The notes beneath the pieces are model-generated. The model saw nothing but the letters and a program-made list of their open reading frames with translations. It did not search any database and had not been told where the DNA came from. Position numbers and translations under genes: made by a program. A stretch of DNA of 64,000 nucleotides from Mobula hypostoma (Eukaryota), in assembly GCF_963921235.1 (NCBI RefSeq), contig NC_086124.1, forward strand, positions 24,366,001-24,430,000, given 5' to 3'. Below, in pieces: positions 1-14,036 of the stretch (the stretch's first letter is position 1; each line of letters starts with the position of its first letter).

Positions 1-530
1 TCTGTCATAGTTGGCAAATTTATAGATGGTGTTTGAGCTGTGCCTAGCCCCACAATCGTGAGTGTAGAGGGAGTAGCCCTCATTCTTGAGTTGCGCCAGT
101 GTTGATTGTCAGTGAGGAATTTTCAATCTGCACAGACTGTGGTCTCCCAGAGAGGAAGTCAAGGATCCAGCTGGAGAGGGAGATACAGAGGCCCAGGGTT
201 TGGAGCTTGTTGATTTCTACCGAGGGTATGATTGTGTTGAATGCTGAGCTGTAGTCAATAAACAGCAGCCCGAGATAAGTATTACTATTGTCCAGGTGAT
301 CCAAGACCAGATGGAGAGCCAGTGATATTGCAAACACTGTACATTTATTAGGTAAATTGCAGCAGGTCCAGGTTGGTGCTAAGGCAGGAATTGATTCCAG
401 CCATCATTAACCTCGCAAAACACATCAGCACAGTAGATGTAGGTGCCACTGGGCAATAGTTGTTGAGACAAATCACCCTGCTCTTCTTGGGCACTGGTCT
501 TACTGTCACCCCTTTGAAGCAGGTGTGCAC
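1..530 (-). mobile_element. Rex1/Babar-type non-LTR RT fragment
   Basis: ORFs with [15 protein letters not shown]...[13 protein letters not shown] and PVPKK...NNYCPVAPTS, homologous to the ORF at 12688. Confidence 0.75.
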
Positions 531-535
531 CTACT

Positions 536-950
536 GTAGCTAATAAAGTGGCCACTGTTGTAACTTCACGATCTTCTGCTGCGAGAGCACATCCACTATA
601 CGTTTTGACGTGTTGAGCATTCAGAGATGATCTTTTGCACACCACCTTTGTAACACGAGGTTATTTGAGTTACTATTGCCTTCCTGTCAGTTTGAACCAT
701 TCTTTTCTGACCTCTCAGCAGTTTCTGAGATGCTCAACCATCCCATCTGGTACGAACAATCATTCCAAGGTCACAGTCACTTAGATCACTTTTCTTCCCC
801 TACTCTGATATTTGATCTGAACAACAATTGAACCTCTAGACCACGTCGGCATGCTTTTATGCATTGAGATGCTGCCACATGATTGGCTGATTATATATAT
901 GCATTAACAAGCAGGTGAACAGGTCTACCTAATAAAGTGGCCACGGTAGA
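536..950. mobile_element. Tc1/mariner-derived MITE
   Basis: Terminal words ctaataaagtggccac and a body shared with copies at about 30715-31230, 32590-32995, 40868-52975 and 54105-55400. Confidence 0.7.
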
Positions 951-2189
951 TCCGGTTGTGTAAGAAAACTGCCAAATCAGCTAAATTAGTGTTGAGTGTT
1001 TTGGAATCGTTTATTTTGTTCTGCAACTTAAGTCTGAGAAAATAGATCCAATTCTACAACAAAATGACAAGGTAGGCTCAGTCAAGGTTTCCAGAGCAAA
1101 ATGCATACATTGCCACTCTACTATTTAGGGTCTTGTTTTTAACAACTGTGTTATGTATCTCATTTGCTGAGTGTTTTGGAATAATTTATTTTGTTCCGTC
1201 CTGCAATTGGTCAATCAATGAGACTTCTCTTTCTAAAGTTCCTGCCCTCGCGCCGAGAACCTGGGCCATGCACTAAGCTTCTTCATGCTGAAGCCTACGC
1301 AAGGACCCACTCTCACAGTGGCCTCTCCCAAAATGGCCGAACTGCTTGTCCCAAGCTTCACTGAAGACCTAACTTGTCTTCTCCCTTCCTCCTCTTTCAG
1401 AATATTATAGAGTCATACAGTACAACAACAGGTTCTTCTGTCCAACTGGTCTGTGCTGATCCATGTTTCCATCTAAACTAATCCCATTTGTAGTGTTTGC
1501 TCCATCCCCCTGTTAACCTTTCGCGTCCATGTAGCATTTGATGGCTCTAGGCCTGGAGCGCAGAAGAACGATTGGGGTGGGGATTCTCATTGAAACCTAT
1601 CGAATATCAAAAGGCCAGGATAGAGTGGGCGTGGAGAAGGAGTTTCCAACAGCACCACGGTTCACAACCTCAGAATAGGGGGCTTTAAATCAGAGGTGAG
1701 GAGAAATTTCTTTTGCTGGAACATGATGAATCTACGGAGGCATAGTCATTGTGTATATTTAAAGCAGAGACTGACAGATTCTTGATCAGAAAGGGCATCA
1801 AATGTTATGGGAGGAAACAGGAGAATGGGTTGAGAAAATAACAGAGCTAATAATAGATGGTGGAACAGTCTCGATGGACTGAATGGCCTAATTCTGCTCC
1901 CATGTCTTATGCCTATGTAGCTGTCCAGACGTATTTTAAACATTGTTAATATACCTGCCTCAACCATTCCATCCCAAACTCTGGCAGCTGGTTCCAGGTA
2001 TGAACCACCCTTTCTGTGGAAAAGTAGTCCCTCAGGTTCCTATTCCATCTCTCCCCTCTTACCTAAACCTTCGTCCTCTAGTTCTTGATTCCCCTATCCT
2101 GGAATAAAGGGCTATCTGCATTCACCCGATTTATGCCCCTTAGAGATGCCACACACCCCTCCCATTGGGAAGAAGGTAGAAAAGACTGA

Positions 2190-3125
2190 AAGGAGTAACA
2201 TGACAACTGGAGATGAGGTAAGATTAGGGACCAGGTCAGGGTCAGGGCCCGAGGGCTTAGAGTTAGCGGTGGGGGTAGTGTTACAAATTGGGGTATGTGT
2301 CTCTGTCTCTCAGTTGCTCTGTTTCTCGCTCCCTCTCTCTGTCCCCCTCACCCTCCCTCTCTGTCTTCCTCCCGCTCTGCCACCCCCACTCCATTTCCCC
2401 CATCACCCCCACTCTGTATCCTCTCTCTCTCCCCTCCCACTCTGTCTCTATCCTCCTCTCCCTCTGTTGTCCACCCTGTCTTTCCTCCTTCATTTCCCTC
2501 TCTCTCTGTCTCTCCCTTTGTCTGTTTCCCTCTTTTACTGTCCCCCTCTCTGTCGTTCTATCTTTCTGCCCCTCCATTCATTATTAGCTGAGGACAACTT
2601 CTACCTCGTATCAGAGCTTTAGAGAACCATAGAGCAAGTGAGCACACACATACAGGCCTTTCGGCCCAGCCAGTCAGTGCAATCCATGGTACCCACTCAG
2701 CTTCTCCCAATTTTCTGAATTTGGCCAATATCCGTACAATCCTCACCATCCCAATGATGCACACTAATCTAAAGATGCTCTGGATATAAAACTGGCATTC
2801 TTTGCAAGCAAATCTATGCAAATAGCTCTTCAGTGATACTATTGTATCTGCCTCAACCACTTCCTCTGACAGATCATTCCATCTGCTTACCACCCTCTGA
2901 ATAAATAAATAGGTTGAACCACAGGTTCCTTGTATATGATCCTGTCTCACCCGACCATCGACGGTACAGTTCCGTGTTGGTTTGCCTTCCCAGAATGCAT
3001 CATTTTGTGTCATCCAGAACCTCAGTGATCAGGCCTGGTGAATTTATGACCAACCCTGTGGTAGCCCACTAGTCACCAGCCGTCATTCCGAGACAACCTT
3101 CAACCCCCACCCTCTGCTTCCTACC
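2190..3125 (+). repeat. Local duplicate A (paralogous to about 6478-7820)
   Basis: Shared order: aaggagtaacatgac.actggagatgaggtaag, TC-rich tract, SINE-like segment, ccctgtggtagcccactagtcacc. Confidence 0.8.
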
Positions 3126-3199
3126 CCATCGAGTCTGTTCCACCATGGTAACATGGCTGCTCCATTTTTCCTCTCAGCTCCAATCTTGTGCCTTCTTTC

Positions 3200-4620
3200 T
3201 GCATCTCTTCATGCCCTGACTAATCAAGAATCCTATCAATCTCTACCTTAAATATACTTAAAGACTTGCCCTCACAGCCACCTGTAGCAAAAAATTCCAC
3301 AGATTCACCACTCTCTGGCTAAATAAATTCCTCCTCATCTCCATTCAAAAAGAACACCTCTCTATTTTGAGGCTGTGTCCTCTGGTTTTAGATATTGCAC
3401 CACAGGAAGCATCCACTCCATATTCACTTCAAAGAGGCCTTTCAAGATTCAATAAGTTTCAATTTGGTCACCCCTTGTCCTTCTGAATTCCAGTGAGTGC
3501 AGGCCCAGAGCCATCAAATGCTCTTCCTATGACAAGCCTCTCAATTCTGGAATCATTTTAATGAACTGCTCTTGAACCTTTCCAATGTCAACACATCCTT
3601 TGTTGGATAAGGGGCACAAAACTGCTCAATACTGTAAGTGAGGCCTCACCAGTGCTTTATAAAGCCTCAACATTATATCCTTGCTTTTATATTCTAGTCC
3701 TCTTGAAATGAATACTCACGTCACATTTGCCTTCCTCACCACCAACTCAACCTTTAGGGAATCCTGCACAAGGACTCCCAAGTCCCCTTGCACCTCAGAT
3801 TTTTGAATTTTATTTTCTACTTAGAAAATAATCTACCCTTTTTATTTCTTCTACCAAAGTTCATAACCATACACTTCCTGACACTGTATTCATCTGCCAC
3901 TTCTTTGCCTATTCTCTTAATGTCTAATCCTTCTGTATTCTTTCTACTTCCTGAAAACTACATACCCCTTCATCTATTTTAGTATTGTCTGAAAACTTTA
4001 CAACAAAGCCATCAATTCTGTCATCCAAGTCATTGACATATAACGTAAAAAGAAGCCGTCCCAACACAGACCCCTGTGGAACACAACTAGTTACTGGCAG
4101 CCAACCAGAAAAGGCTACCTTAATTTAAATTCTTTGTTTCCTGCCAATTTGCTACTGTTTTCTCCATGCTAGTATCTTTCCTGTAATAACACAGATACTT
4201 ATCTTGTTAAGCAGCCTTATGTGTGGCACCTTGTCAAAGGCCTTCTGAAGATCGAAGTACACAAAACTCACTGACTCTCCTTTGTCTATCGTGCCTGTTA
4301 TTTCCTCAAAGAATTCCAACAGATTTGTCAGGCAAGGTAGCTCCTTAAGGAAACCATGGCCTATTTTATCATGTGCCTCCAAGTACCCACAAAACCTCTT
4401 CCTTGAGAATCGGCTCCAACATTTTCCCAACCACTGAAGTCAGACTAACTGACCTACCATTTTCTTTCTTTTGCTTCTCTCCCTTCTTGAAGAGTGGAGT
4501 GACATTTGCAATTTTCCAGTACTCCAAAACGATTACAGGATCTAGTTATTCTTGAAAGATCATTATGAATGTCTCCACGATCTCTGCAGACACCTCTTTC
4601 AGATCTCTGGAGTGTAGTCC
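3200..4620 (-). mobile_element. CR1-clade LINE fragments
   Basis: HGFLKELPCLTNLLEFFEE...VYFDLQKAFDKVPH RT motifs. Confidence 0.85.
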
Positions 4621-4730
4621 ATCTCATCCTTATTGCCTATCCCACAGAATATTCTCTGTTGCTCTGACATTTTACTCTGAATTTTTTTTTTTTTTGCTTT
4701 ACCTTGTTCTACCTCAATGCACCATGTAAT

Positions 4731-5365
4731 TGTAAGGGGTTTCTTCTTTTCTGTTACTGCGAAGGCTCTTAAAATGGCTTCTTTGTTATGTTAGAACTAA
4801 ACATGGCGTGTCTGTAATAAATACTGCGATGTAAGGATGTTCTCTCTCTCTGCTTGTTTGGGTTATATTATTGATAAGGGAGCGAATGAACCAATGGGTG
4901 TCCATGTTAATCTTTCTGTGGGTGATATTCTGTCTCGTATGGCTGGGAACCGTGTGGTTTGGCGGGCTTTTCGGGAGGAGACCCGGAGAAGAAGGACGTG
5001 CTGGAAGCGCTCTGGTCGACCACCGTGGTTGGTCCCGAGTGGCGAGTCGAGGTGGTCGGAGAGGATCGCATGGTGGAGAGAAGCCCCGTTATTTCAGCTA
5101 CAACTTGTGTGCACGAAGAGGTTGAACTCTGATAAGTCTGGCGCCTTTCTCTTTCCCTTTTATATTGTATCTCTATTTATTTCATAGTTCCAGTAAGATT
5201 TATAAAGAGTAACCTGTAAATTGTACATTGTGTGCTGTCTGATATTTGATGTGTGAGTTTGTACCAGGGTGCATTACACAGCAACAACGCAACTGTGAGA
5301 CACGGTTCGGCGGGTGGACGGGGTTTCTCCTGGATAAACACGAGCCGATAGACCTGAGCGTTACA
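4731..5365 (+). mobile_element. Solo LTR (Ty3/gypsy-like) with 4-bp TSD
   Basis: Starts TGTAA and ends TTACA. TAAT duplicated at 4727-4730 and 5366-5369. Confidence 0.8.
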
Positions 5366-6477
5366 TAATGATTTGATCTGCATGAACGCTATGCAAGATA
5401 CACTTTTTATTGTACTTTGGTGCATGTGACAACAGCAAAACAACTTATGTATGACTTGATACACCTCTGCAAGGTCACCCCACGTTCTCACTGCACCCTT
5501 CTTACAGCACCGCCAGAAGAGACCATAAGACACAGGAGTAGTTTTAGGCCTTTCGACCCATCTATTATGTTCTGCCTTTCCATCATCCCATTTTCCCTCT
5601 CTGCCCCATTCTCTAGCCTTGCCCGGTAACCCTTGACACCCTTACTAACCAAGAATCTATCAACCTCCACTTTAAAGACATCCCTTGTCTCAATCTCCAC
5701 AGCTGACTGTGACAATGAATTTTACAGATTCACCGCTAAAGAAATTCCTCCTCATCTCTGTCCTAAAGCTGTGCCCTCTGTTCCTAGACTCCCCCACGAT
5801 AAGAAACATTCTCTCCTCATGTTCTCTGTCTAGGCCTTTCACTAACTAGTTGATTACAATGAAATTCCCCCTGATTCTTCCAAACTCCAGTGAGTACAGG
5901 CCCAGAAAATCAAAGGCTCCTCATAAGTTAACTCTTTCATTCCAGGAATCATTCTTATTCACATGAACCTCCCTTGGACTCCCTCCAATGCCAGCAAATC
6001 TTTTCTCAGGTAAAGGGCCCAAAACTGCTCACAATACTCTGACCTCTTCCCATCGCACCATTCTGGGACCTGAATGCACCTTACAGGGCAAGAAGTAATT
6101 CACTTACATTTTTTCCAGTCTAGTCCACAGCATTCAATATTCATACTGTGGTTTCTTCTACCAGAGGAACCAAACATAGGCTTAGGTGAGTGGCAGAATT
6201 CAGTCAGTGGGGGTGAGCTGAGACCTCCCATTCCCTACTGGAGGGAAGTCAGTGGCTTGAGTAGAAATGTCAGGAGGTGGGGGAGATGCAGCGAGGGAGA
6301 CTCTCATTTCACGAGGACTGGAATATAAAAGCAACAATGTCTTGCTGAAGCTTTTTAAGGCATTGGCGAGAGTATTGTGGACACTTCTAGGCCCCTTATT
6401 GAAGAAAGGATGTGCTGGAACTAACTCTAAGCCTCTAAACTAAATCCTAAACATTACCAGAAATTTATAATATGTAA

Positions 6478-7820
6478 GGAGTAACATGACGACTGGAGAT
6501 GAGGTAAGAGTTGGGACTAGTTCAGAGACTAGGGGCTTAGGGTTAGTAATGGGGGTTAGGGTTTTAAATTGGGGTATGGCCTTTGTCTCTCAGTCGCTCA
6601 TTTTCTGTCATCCCCCCTGCACCATCTCCCCTATCACCCCCCACTCTGTTTCCCCGAACCTTTCTATCTCTGCTTCCCCCTGTCTTCTCCTACCCTCCAC
6701 CTGCCTCTTCTCCTTCCCTTCTCTCTCCCTCCTTTTCTCTCTCCCTCTCTCTCCCTCCTTTTCTCTCTCCCTCTCTCTCTTCCACCTTTCATCTCCCTCC
6801 CTCTCTGTATCTCTCTTTGCCCGTCTTTCTCTCTGTTACTGTCCACTTCCCTGTCCTTCCATGTTTCTTCCCCATGCCTTTCTGTTACTGTCCAGGACAG
6901 CTTCTAACTCGTATCATAGAGTCTTGAAGAGTCAAAGAGCAGTCCAGCATGGATACAGGCGTTTCGGCCCAGCCAATCCATGTAAACCATGGTGCCCCCT
7001 CAGCTTGTCCCAGTTTCCTGAATTTGGACAATATCTCTCCAATCCTCACCATCACAATGATGCACACTAATCTAAAAACACAGTAAATATAAAACAGCAT
7101 GTCTCTTTGCAACCAAATCTATGCAAATACCTCTTCAATGATACTGTTGTGTCTGCCTCAACCACTTCCTCTTGACAGATCATTCCATCTACTTACAACC
7201 CTCTGTGTAAATAAAAATGTTGATCCTCAGGTCCCATGTAAATGATCCTGTCTCATCCGGCCACTGACAATACAGTTCAACATTTTCATATGATGTAATC
7301 TGGCCTTTCCGAATCTTTTTTCTAAATTTAAATTATATGATGAGAGGAGCAGAGCTAACGACATTATTGAACATGTCCGACATAAGCTGTTGGTCTAGCC
7401 CTGTTTTGTTTTTTTTCTTGGGGGTTTTTTTTCTTTTTTTTCTTTTGGGGTTTTTTTTGTTTACATATTTTTTTTTCTTTTTATTTCTTTTTTAATGTTT
7501 AATTTCATTATGAGTTTGGAAGTCTTTTATATCTATGTTACTTAAAATTCATTTTATATATGTTGATGAACATTTTTCCAATCTCTCCGTACCAACTTTG
7601 TTACCGAGTTTGTAATTTTTAAAAAATAATAAAAAGATTTAAAAAGAAAGAAAGACTATACAGTTCTGTGTTGGTTTGCCTTCCCAGAATGCATCATTTT
7701 GTGTTGTCCACAACCTTAGTGATCAGGCCTGGTGAATTTGTGACCAACCCTGTGGCAGCCCACTAGTCACCAGCTGCCATTCCGAGACACAACCTTCAAC
7801 CCCCACTCTCTGCTTCCTGC
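6478..7820 (+). repeat. Local duplicate B, carrying an extra L1 3' end
   Basis: Colinear with 2190-3125 apart from the insert at 7279-7657. Confidence 0.8.
7279..7657 (+). mobile_element. 5'-truncated L1-clade 3' end
   Basis: TSD ATACAGTTC at 7270-7278 and 7658-7666. Tail aataaaaagatttaaaaagaaagaaag matches the tail at about 19905-19927. The empty site is present in duplicate A (about 2966). Confidence 0.85.
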
Positions 7821-10040
7821 CTCCTATCATAAGACTATAAGATATAGGAGCAGAGTAGGCCATTTGGCCCATCGCATTTTCTCCACCATTTCATCATGGC
7901 TGATCCATTTTCCTTCTCAGCCACAATCTCCAAGCTTGGTATTGTACCTCAATACATGTGAAAATTGTAAAACAACTTAAGTTTGAAGGTGGGGCAAAGT
8001 TAAGATGGCACCAAATGGTGACTCCTTTACTTGCATCTTTGGAAACACCTTTATTTCTATCTTAAATATCTATTTTTTCCCCTTTTCAGGGTGTCCTATT
8101 GACCTGGAGTTACACTCTGACCAGTTCTTTGCGGGAATGGAATCCGCTTTCAGGGCTCATGACCTGCCGGTTTTTGATATCCCAAGGATGTGTCCTGGAA
8201 CACTAGCACGCTTTCAGGGTTTCGGGATTTCGTGTCTCTGAGGAAGTGCTGACTCTAGGCTAGTGCCACTCACTGAAGCGTTGTGGGAGAACACGGAACA
8301 TCAGGAGCCGCAGGTTAGCTGCCGGGGGTTGTGTGTCCGGGGAGCTGCGCCTTTCTGATGCCAAGTCTCTGGGCATACAGCTCGGAAAAAGTGACGCAAC
8401 AGACTTTTAACATCATAAATCAGCAAGTTGTTTGTTATGTCTCCCCTCTCGCTGTGAAACGAGGACATCTCTTTTTCCCTTATGAGGGAGAGAAAGAGCC
8501 TGTGGTATGTCGAATTACTGGGTGAGCAAGTAGCTTTTGGGGAACTGCAAGTCTGTGTCTTTACTGATGCTTTGTTGCACACTTGAGTGCTCAGTGGAGG
8601 GTGCTGACGCTTTTGTGCTGGTTGGGGTGGACGGGTGTCATTGCCTTGCTGCTGCTTATGGGTGGGAGGGGGAGTTGGGGGGCACTTTGGTGTTCAAATG
8701 TTTTAACTGTCATTCATTCTTTGGGGCACTCCTCTGTTTTTGTGGATGTCTGCGAAGAAAAAGAATTTCAGAATGTATTTTGTATACATTTCTCTGACAT
8801 AAAATGCACCTATTGAATGACCTTGTACACCTGTACAAGGTTGCCCCATATTCTGACCACCTCTCCTCTTACAGCACCTCCCCCTGCAACTACCATATGC
8901 CATAAGAGACCATAAGACATAAGAGAAGTGTTAGGTTATTCAGCCTATTGATTCTATTTTGCCGATCAGTCATCAGTCATGACTGATCTATTTTCCTTCT
9001 CTACCCCATTCTCCAGCCTTGTCCCATAACCTTTGACACCCTTTGTAACCATGAACCTATGACAAGAATCTCCCCTTGTAATATTGATCAGTGAGGCACA
9101 CAGTATCTGTAATTACCAACAAGTAACCTTTATTGTCTCATCTGAAAAGCACATGGGTTCACAAACTAACTACCTGTGTGGACCCCACTATAATCCCTGA
9201 TGCCCCCCACCCCCGCCACCGCCGCACGAACAGTAAATGAAAAGAAAAGATATTACCCAGGGAATGGAGGTTACACTGCCGAGGCGTTCTTCGTGTTTCC
9301 GATTTCCACGTGTCCGTGGGATTCTCCTTATCCGTGATGGTTGGTGTCCGGCAGCTGGAGAGTTATTGCCCCGACATATTTAGAGCTCCTGGCTCTTATA
9401 GTGTTCCGCATCAATTGAACTGGTGGATCTCCATCCCATTAGCTCAAGCTCACCTGACCTAGCTGTGTCACCTTCTTATTGGTTCTAGCCCAGGGCTACA
9501 ACCAACATTGTTTCATGGTTCTGCCCACCTCACCCTTGTGTGTATGTGTCTTTCAACTCTGACTGGTCCAAACCAGTTTAATGAGGTGACCCAGAAAGAG
9601 ATTACAGGTTGCTTCTTTGGCAGGTCAGGCATTTTACATTATAAGTAGCTACTCGTCTGAGAATGGTCTCAGGTTTAGCAAGTCATTACCCAAAGCTGCT
9701 TGTGTCCACTTTCAATTGCTTCGATTAGGGTATCCAGGAGCAAGAATCAGTTCAAAGTCTACAAAATTGAGAGAACCAAAGACCGTCTGCTTCCCCTGTC
9801 CTTGATTCATCAAATCCACTAATTGCAGATTATAGTTTCTTCTGGCCAACATCTCCCTCCTCTTGATCCAAAAATATTTGCCAGGATCATTATCCTCCTC
9901 TCATTCAGTTGACTGCCCATAGGACTGCCATGGAACTCCAATAGGTGTGCAATACTTACATTCTATAAATAATATTAGCAGTTACTTACTAAATTCACCC
10001 AGTTTATACTGACAATCATCTTTGATGTTTCATGAAAGCA

Positions 10041-10250
10041 TTATCCTCTATTTTTTCCACTTTGTTCCATTATTTCAGCCTTCCATCTTCTCAGTTGATA
10101 TACATTGAGCAATACAATTGTCAGGGTACATAAAATTAGTATTGCAACGCCATGTGATACTACCCTCACTCACGGATGTACTTAAACATTTGTTCCCCAA
10201 TTGCAAAACTTACAGTAAAAGCCTGGGTCACTCAATATTTCATTTGCCTT
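10041..10250 (-). pseudogene. env-like C-terminal TM and tail remnant
   Basis: Minus strand reads ...ILSDPGFYCKFCNWGTNV*VHP*VRVVSHGVAILILCTLTIVLLNVYQLRRWKAEIMEQSGKNRG* about 180 bp before the PPT. Confidence 0.5.
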
Positions 10251-10859
10251 ACCAGCATGTGTTTTAATTACTTTAGTGAGCTCAGTCCATTGATGGATTA
10301 TCTACCTTGACTTCTCCGCAACACGTGTCCAGTCTGTGGTCAAGTGAGGAATTGGTGGCAGTTCACTAACAACATAAGTCCCACAGATATTCATTTGTAT
10401 CAGAGCTTTGGATCCATAAATTCTCCGTCATTACTGTGTCTCCTGCTGGCTGAGGCAAAGTTCCTTCTCCAATGGCCAGATCTAAAGTCACATTCCCTTT
10501 GGCGGCGTTGTGACTTTCCAAAGGGCATTGTTTCCATCCCTTGGTATAACTTGTAGCCCCTGTTGCTCTATAACATTGTCTGTCCCACCAGTCATATTGT
10601 AAATAGACTGATTATTCACAGGCAAAATAGACAATGAACAATTTTCATAAGTACTGAAACCACTATTTGTAAGCTTCTGCTTTGTAATTTCTTTTGAACA
10701 AGACCGGTGGACCTGATGGCATCTTGATAATCTATTCCTTTCCCAGTACTATCATAATAATAGCATGTGTTAGTGGGTTAGTTAAGGATATCTTCTATTC
10801 TCATGATATTTACCAACATTGTGAAACCTTTTCAAAGGGTAGGTTGAATTATTTCCATG

Positions 10860-11976
10860 TCAGGGAATGTGGAATACTGCTCCGACATAAAACCTTCCTT
10901 TAAGGCTTCTTATATGAGACAATGGCACCCTTTCTCTGACCCATTCTTTTATCTGCTCATCTGAGACCCAATTAGGTACTTGATGTGCATCAAGTTGCAA
11001 TAAATTAGTGCCAATGGGTGCCAATCGTGCAGACAATAGCACCAGCTCCCGCTGGTAGGGTGTTAGTGGGAGTTCCTCAGGAAACGGTGCTTCGTAGTTA
11101 TCGTAGCCGTATCGAGTAGCTTCATCTGCTAAATCATGCCAATCAATATCTCCATATTCAACTTCCTCCCCTTTTTCAGATCCAAAAGCACATATTATTC
11201 CTCGCTGTGCAGAAAGTTGGTCCTGCAGCTTTTGAATCTGCTTTAAACACTTTGCATGATCGCCAGTGTTACTCTTGCTTTCCTGTGCTGATTTCTGAAT
11301 CACATTCATAGCCGTCTTTAAATCACCGCACTGTTTCCTTAATCCCTCCACTTCATCCTTCGCCAGTTCGGCTGCTTCCTGTAGTTTACTTTTTTCTTTG
11401 TAATTGCTCACACTTCAAATGAAACTGGTTCATAAGTAATTAAGCATCAACTCCATACCTCACTGACCCTGTAAATCAGTAACCCTTTCTCTAAAGGTTT
11501 CTATCCCCCTTTGGAGCCTTTTGTGTTCTCCTTCTAACCTAGCTCGCTGGCGTCTGCGTTATGCTGCTATTCTAGAATTTCCTGTCGTAACCTATCTCGC
11601 TGGGCTTCAGTTTTGTTCCGATATGCTAGGATTTCCTGTTGTAATCTTTCCCGCTCGGCTTCTGCCTTATGCCGACATTTGTTTTTCGTGTCTGATCTGT
11701 GCCATTCTGCTTTGGCATTCTGTCATAATTCTATTAAATCTTCAATTAAACAGGCAACTGCTACTTTTTTTTTTGCAATTGTTTAGACTTCCTGCCCGAC
11801 AGCTTCCCTGGAGCGATTTTCCACAGGGCATCCCCAACAGTTTTCCCTTCACAGCCAGGAGGACCGACTAACACCTCATATTGCGGCCACATCCCCAACA
11901 CATATTTCTGGAGGTATCCCCTCCAATCAAAACAACCCAAGATCTTCGGACTTGTAGAATTTCCTGAATTCTTCAT
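10860..11976 (-). pseudogene. gag-like coiled-coil ORF remnants of the ERV
   Basis: ORFs 11976-11761 and 11411-10860 begin about 100 bp after the PBS, with a break at an A-run (about 11765). Sequence is heptad-rich. The gag assignment rests on position, not on motifs. Confidence 0.55.
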
Positions 11977-12660
11977 TTTGGCTTAGTAACCGCTAACTAC
12001 CCAGCCCCAGACCTCTCTACCTCACCCATGTGGTCCGACTCGAGTCTCCCGCTGAATGAAGAGATTTATCCCCGAGCACCCAACAGGGAACGCCAATTCT
12101 GTTGTAAGAATCATCATCCTTTGTAATAATTATCAGTGAGGCATAGAGAATTTGTATTTACCGATAATTAACTTTATTTGTCTCATCTAAAAAGCATGTG
12201 GTTTCACAAACTAACTATGTTTGTGCAACTTACTAGAATCCCTGCCCGCCTTCCCCCCCGCCCAGTTACCCGGGAAAGGAGTCTGTCCTGGCCAGGCGTT
12301 CCTCGTAGTCCTGATCTCCACGTGTCAATAGTGTCCTTCTTATCCGCGACGGTTGGTCTCTGGTTGCTGCAGGGTCTTCGTCCCTGTGTATTTTGAGCTC
12401 CTGACTCAGTGTTCCTCAGAAATTGAACTGGTGGATCTCCATCCCATTGGCTCAAGGTCAACTGACCTACCTAGGTCACCTTCTCACTGATTCTTATACA
12501 GGGCTACAATCAACTTCGTTTCGTGGTTCTGCCCACCTTGTGTATTTGTATCTTTGGTGCAAAGCAGTTAAATGAGGTGACCCAGACAGAGTCTAATGAG
12601 ATTACAGATGGTTTCTTTGGCAGGTCTAGCACCTTACATAAATAGCTACTTGTCTGAAAG

Positions 12661-14036
12661 AGACTTGTTCTGGAGCTGCTCCGGCCTATGGTCAGGCCAC
12701 ACTTAGATCCCCTCCAGTTCGCCTACCAGCCCCGACTAGGAGTTGAGGATGCCATCGTCTACCTGCTGAACCGTGTCTATGCCCACCTGGACAAGCCAAC
12801 GAGCATTGTGAGGGTCATGTTTTTTGACTTCTCCAGTGCGTTCAACACCATCCGCCCTGCTCTGCTGAGGGAGAAGCTGACAGCGATGCAGGTGGATGCT
12901 TCCCTGGTGTCATGGATTCTTGATTACCTGACTGGCAGACCACAGTACGTGTGCTTGCAACACTGTGTGTCCAACAGAGTGATCAGCCGCACTGGGGCTC
13001 TACAGGGGACTGTCTTGTCTCCCTTTCTCTTCACCATTTACACCTCGGACTTCAACTACTGCACAGAGCCTTGTCATCTTCAGAAGTTTTCTGATGACTC
13101 CGCCATAGTTGGATGCATCAGCAAGGGAGATGAGGTTGAATACAGGGCTACGGTAGGAAACTTTGTCACATGGTGTGAGCAGAATTATCTGCAGCTTAAT
13201 GTGAAAAAGACTAAGGAGCTGATGGTAGACCTGAGGAGAGCTAAGGTACCGGTGACCTCTGTTTCTATCCAGGGGGTCAGTGTGGACATGGTGGAGGATT
13301 ACAAATACCTGGGGATACAAATGGACAATAAACTGGACTGGTCAAAGAACACTGAGGCTGTCTACAAGAAGGGTCAGAGCCGTCTCTATTTCCTGAGGAG
13401 ACTGAGGTCCTTTAACATCTGCCGGACAATGCTGAGGATGTTCTACGAGTCTGTGGTGGCCAGTGCTATCATGTTTGCTGTTGTGTGCTGGGGCAGCAGG
13501 CTGACGGTAGCAGACACCAACAGAATCAACAAACTCATTCGTAAGGCCAGTGATGTTGTGGGGATGGAACTGGACTCTCTCACAGTGGTGTCTGAAAAGA
13601 GGATGCTGTCTAAGTTGCTGCCATCTTGGACAATGTCTCCCATTCACTACATAATGTACTGGGTGGGCACAGGAGTACATTCAGCCAGAGACTCATTCCT
13701 CCGAGATGCAGCACAGAGCGTCATAGGAAGTCATTCCTGCCTGTGGCCATCAAACTTTACAACTCCTCCCTTGGAGGGTCAGACACCCCAAGCCAATAGG
13801 CTGGTCCTGGACTTATTTCATAATTTACTGGCATAATTTACATATTACTATTTAACTATTTATTACTATTTTCTATTACCATTCTATTACTATTTATTAT
13901 TTCTATGACTATTACTATTTACTATTTACTAATAGTAATATTACTATTACTATTTCTATTACTATTTATTATTTATGGTGCAACTGTAACGAAAACCAAT
14001 TTCCCCCGGGATCAATAAAGTATGACTATGACTATG
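12661..14036 (+). mobile_element. Young 5'-truncated Rex1/Babar-type retroposon
   Basis: 382-aa ORF 12688-13836 with RT motifs (LDPLQFAY, FDFSSAFNTI, QGTVLSP, FSDD). The frame appears to slip near 13617. (TATGAC)n tail. It interrupts the ERV LTR between tctgaaa and aatggtctc. Confidence 0.9.

Noticed and set aside
993-1200. Roughly 30-bp direct repeat (tgagtgttttggaat..tttattttgttc) 175 bp apart, with a nearby ATTGG
   Set aside because: Only two copies and no linked gene, so there is not enough to call an MHC S-X-Y promoter.
1278-1345. Minus-strand SAILGEATVRVGPCVGFSMKK with Gly at positions 0, 7 and 11, as in a class II alpha TM (possible WA remnant)
   Set aside because: It contains E, R and P, the acceptor is poor, and no upstream alpha exons were found. 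Worth rechecking only if an HMM finds WA exons.
2146-2622. Leu/Ser/Pro-rich and Glu/Arg-rich ORFs here and at 6486-7070, 37410-37866 and 38350-39126
   Set aside because: Artefacts of TC/GA low-complexity sequence that is open in several frames.
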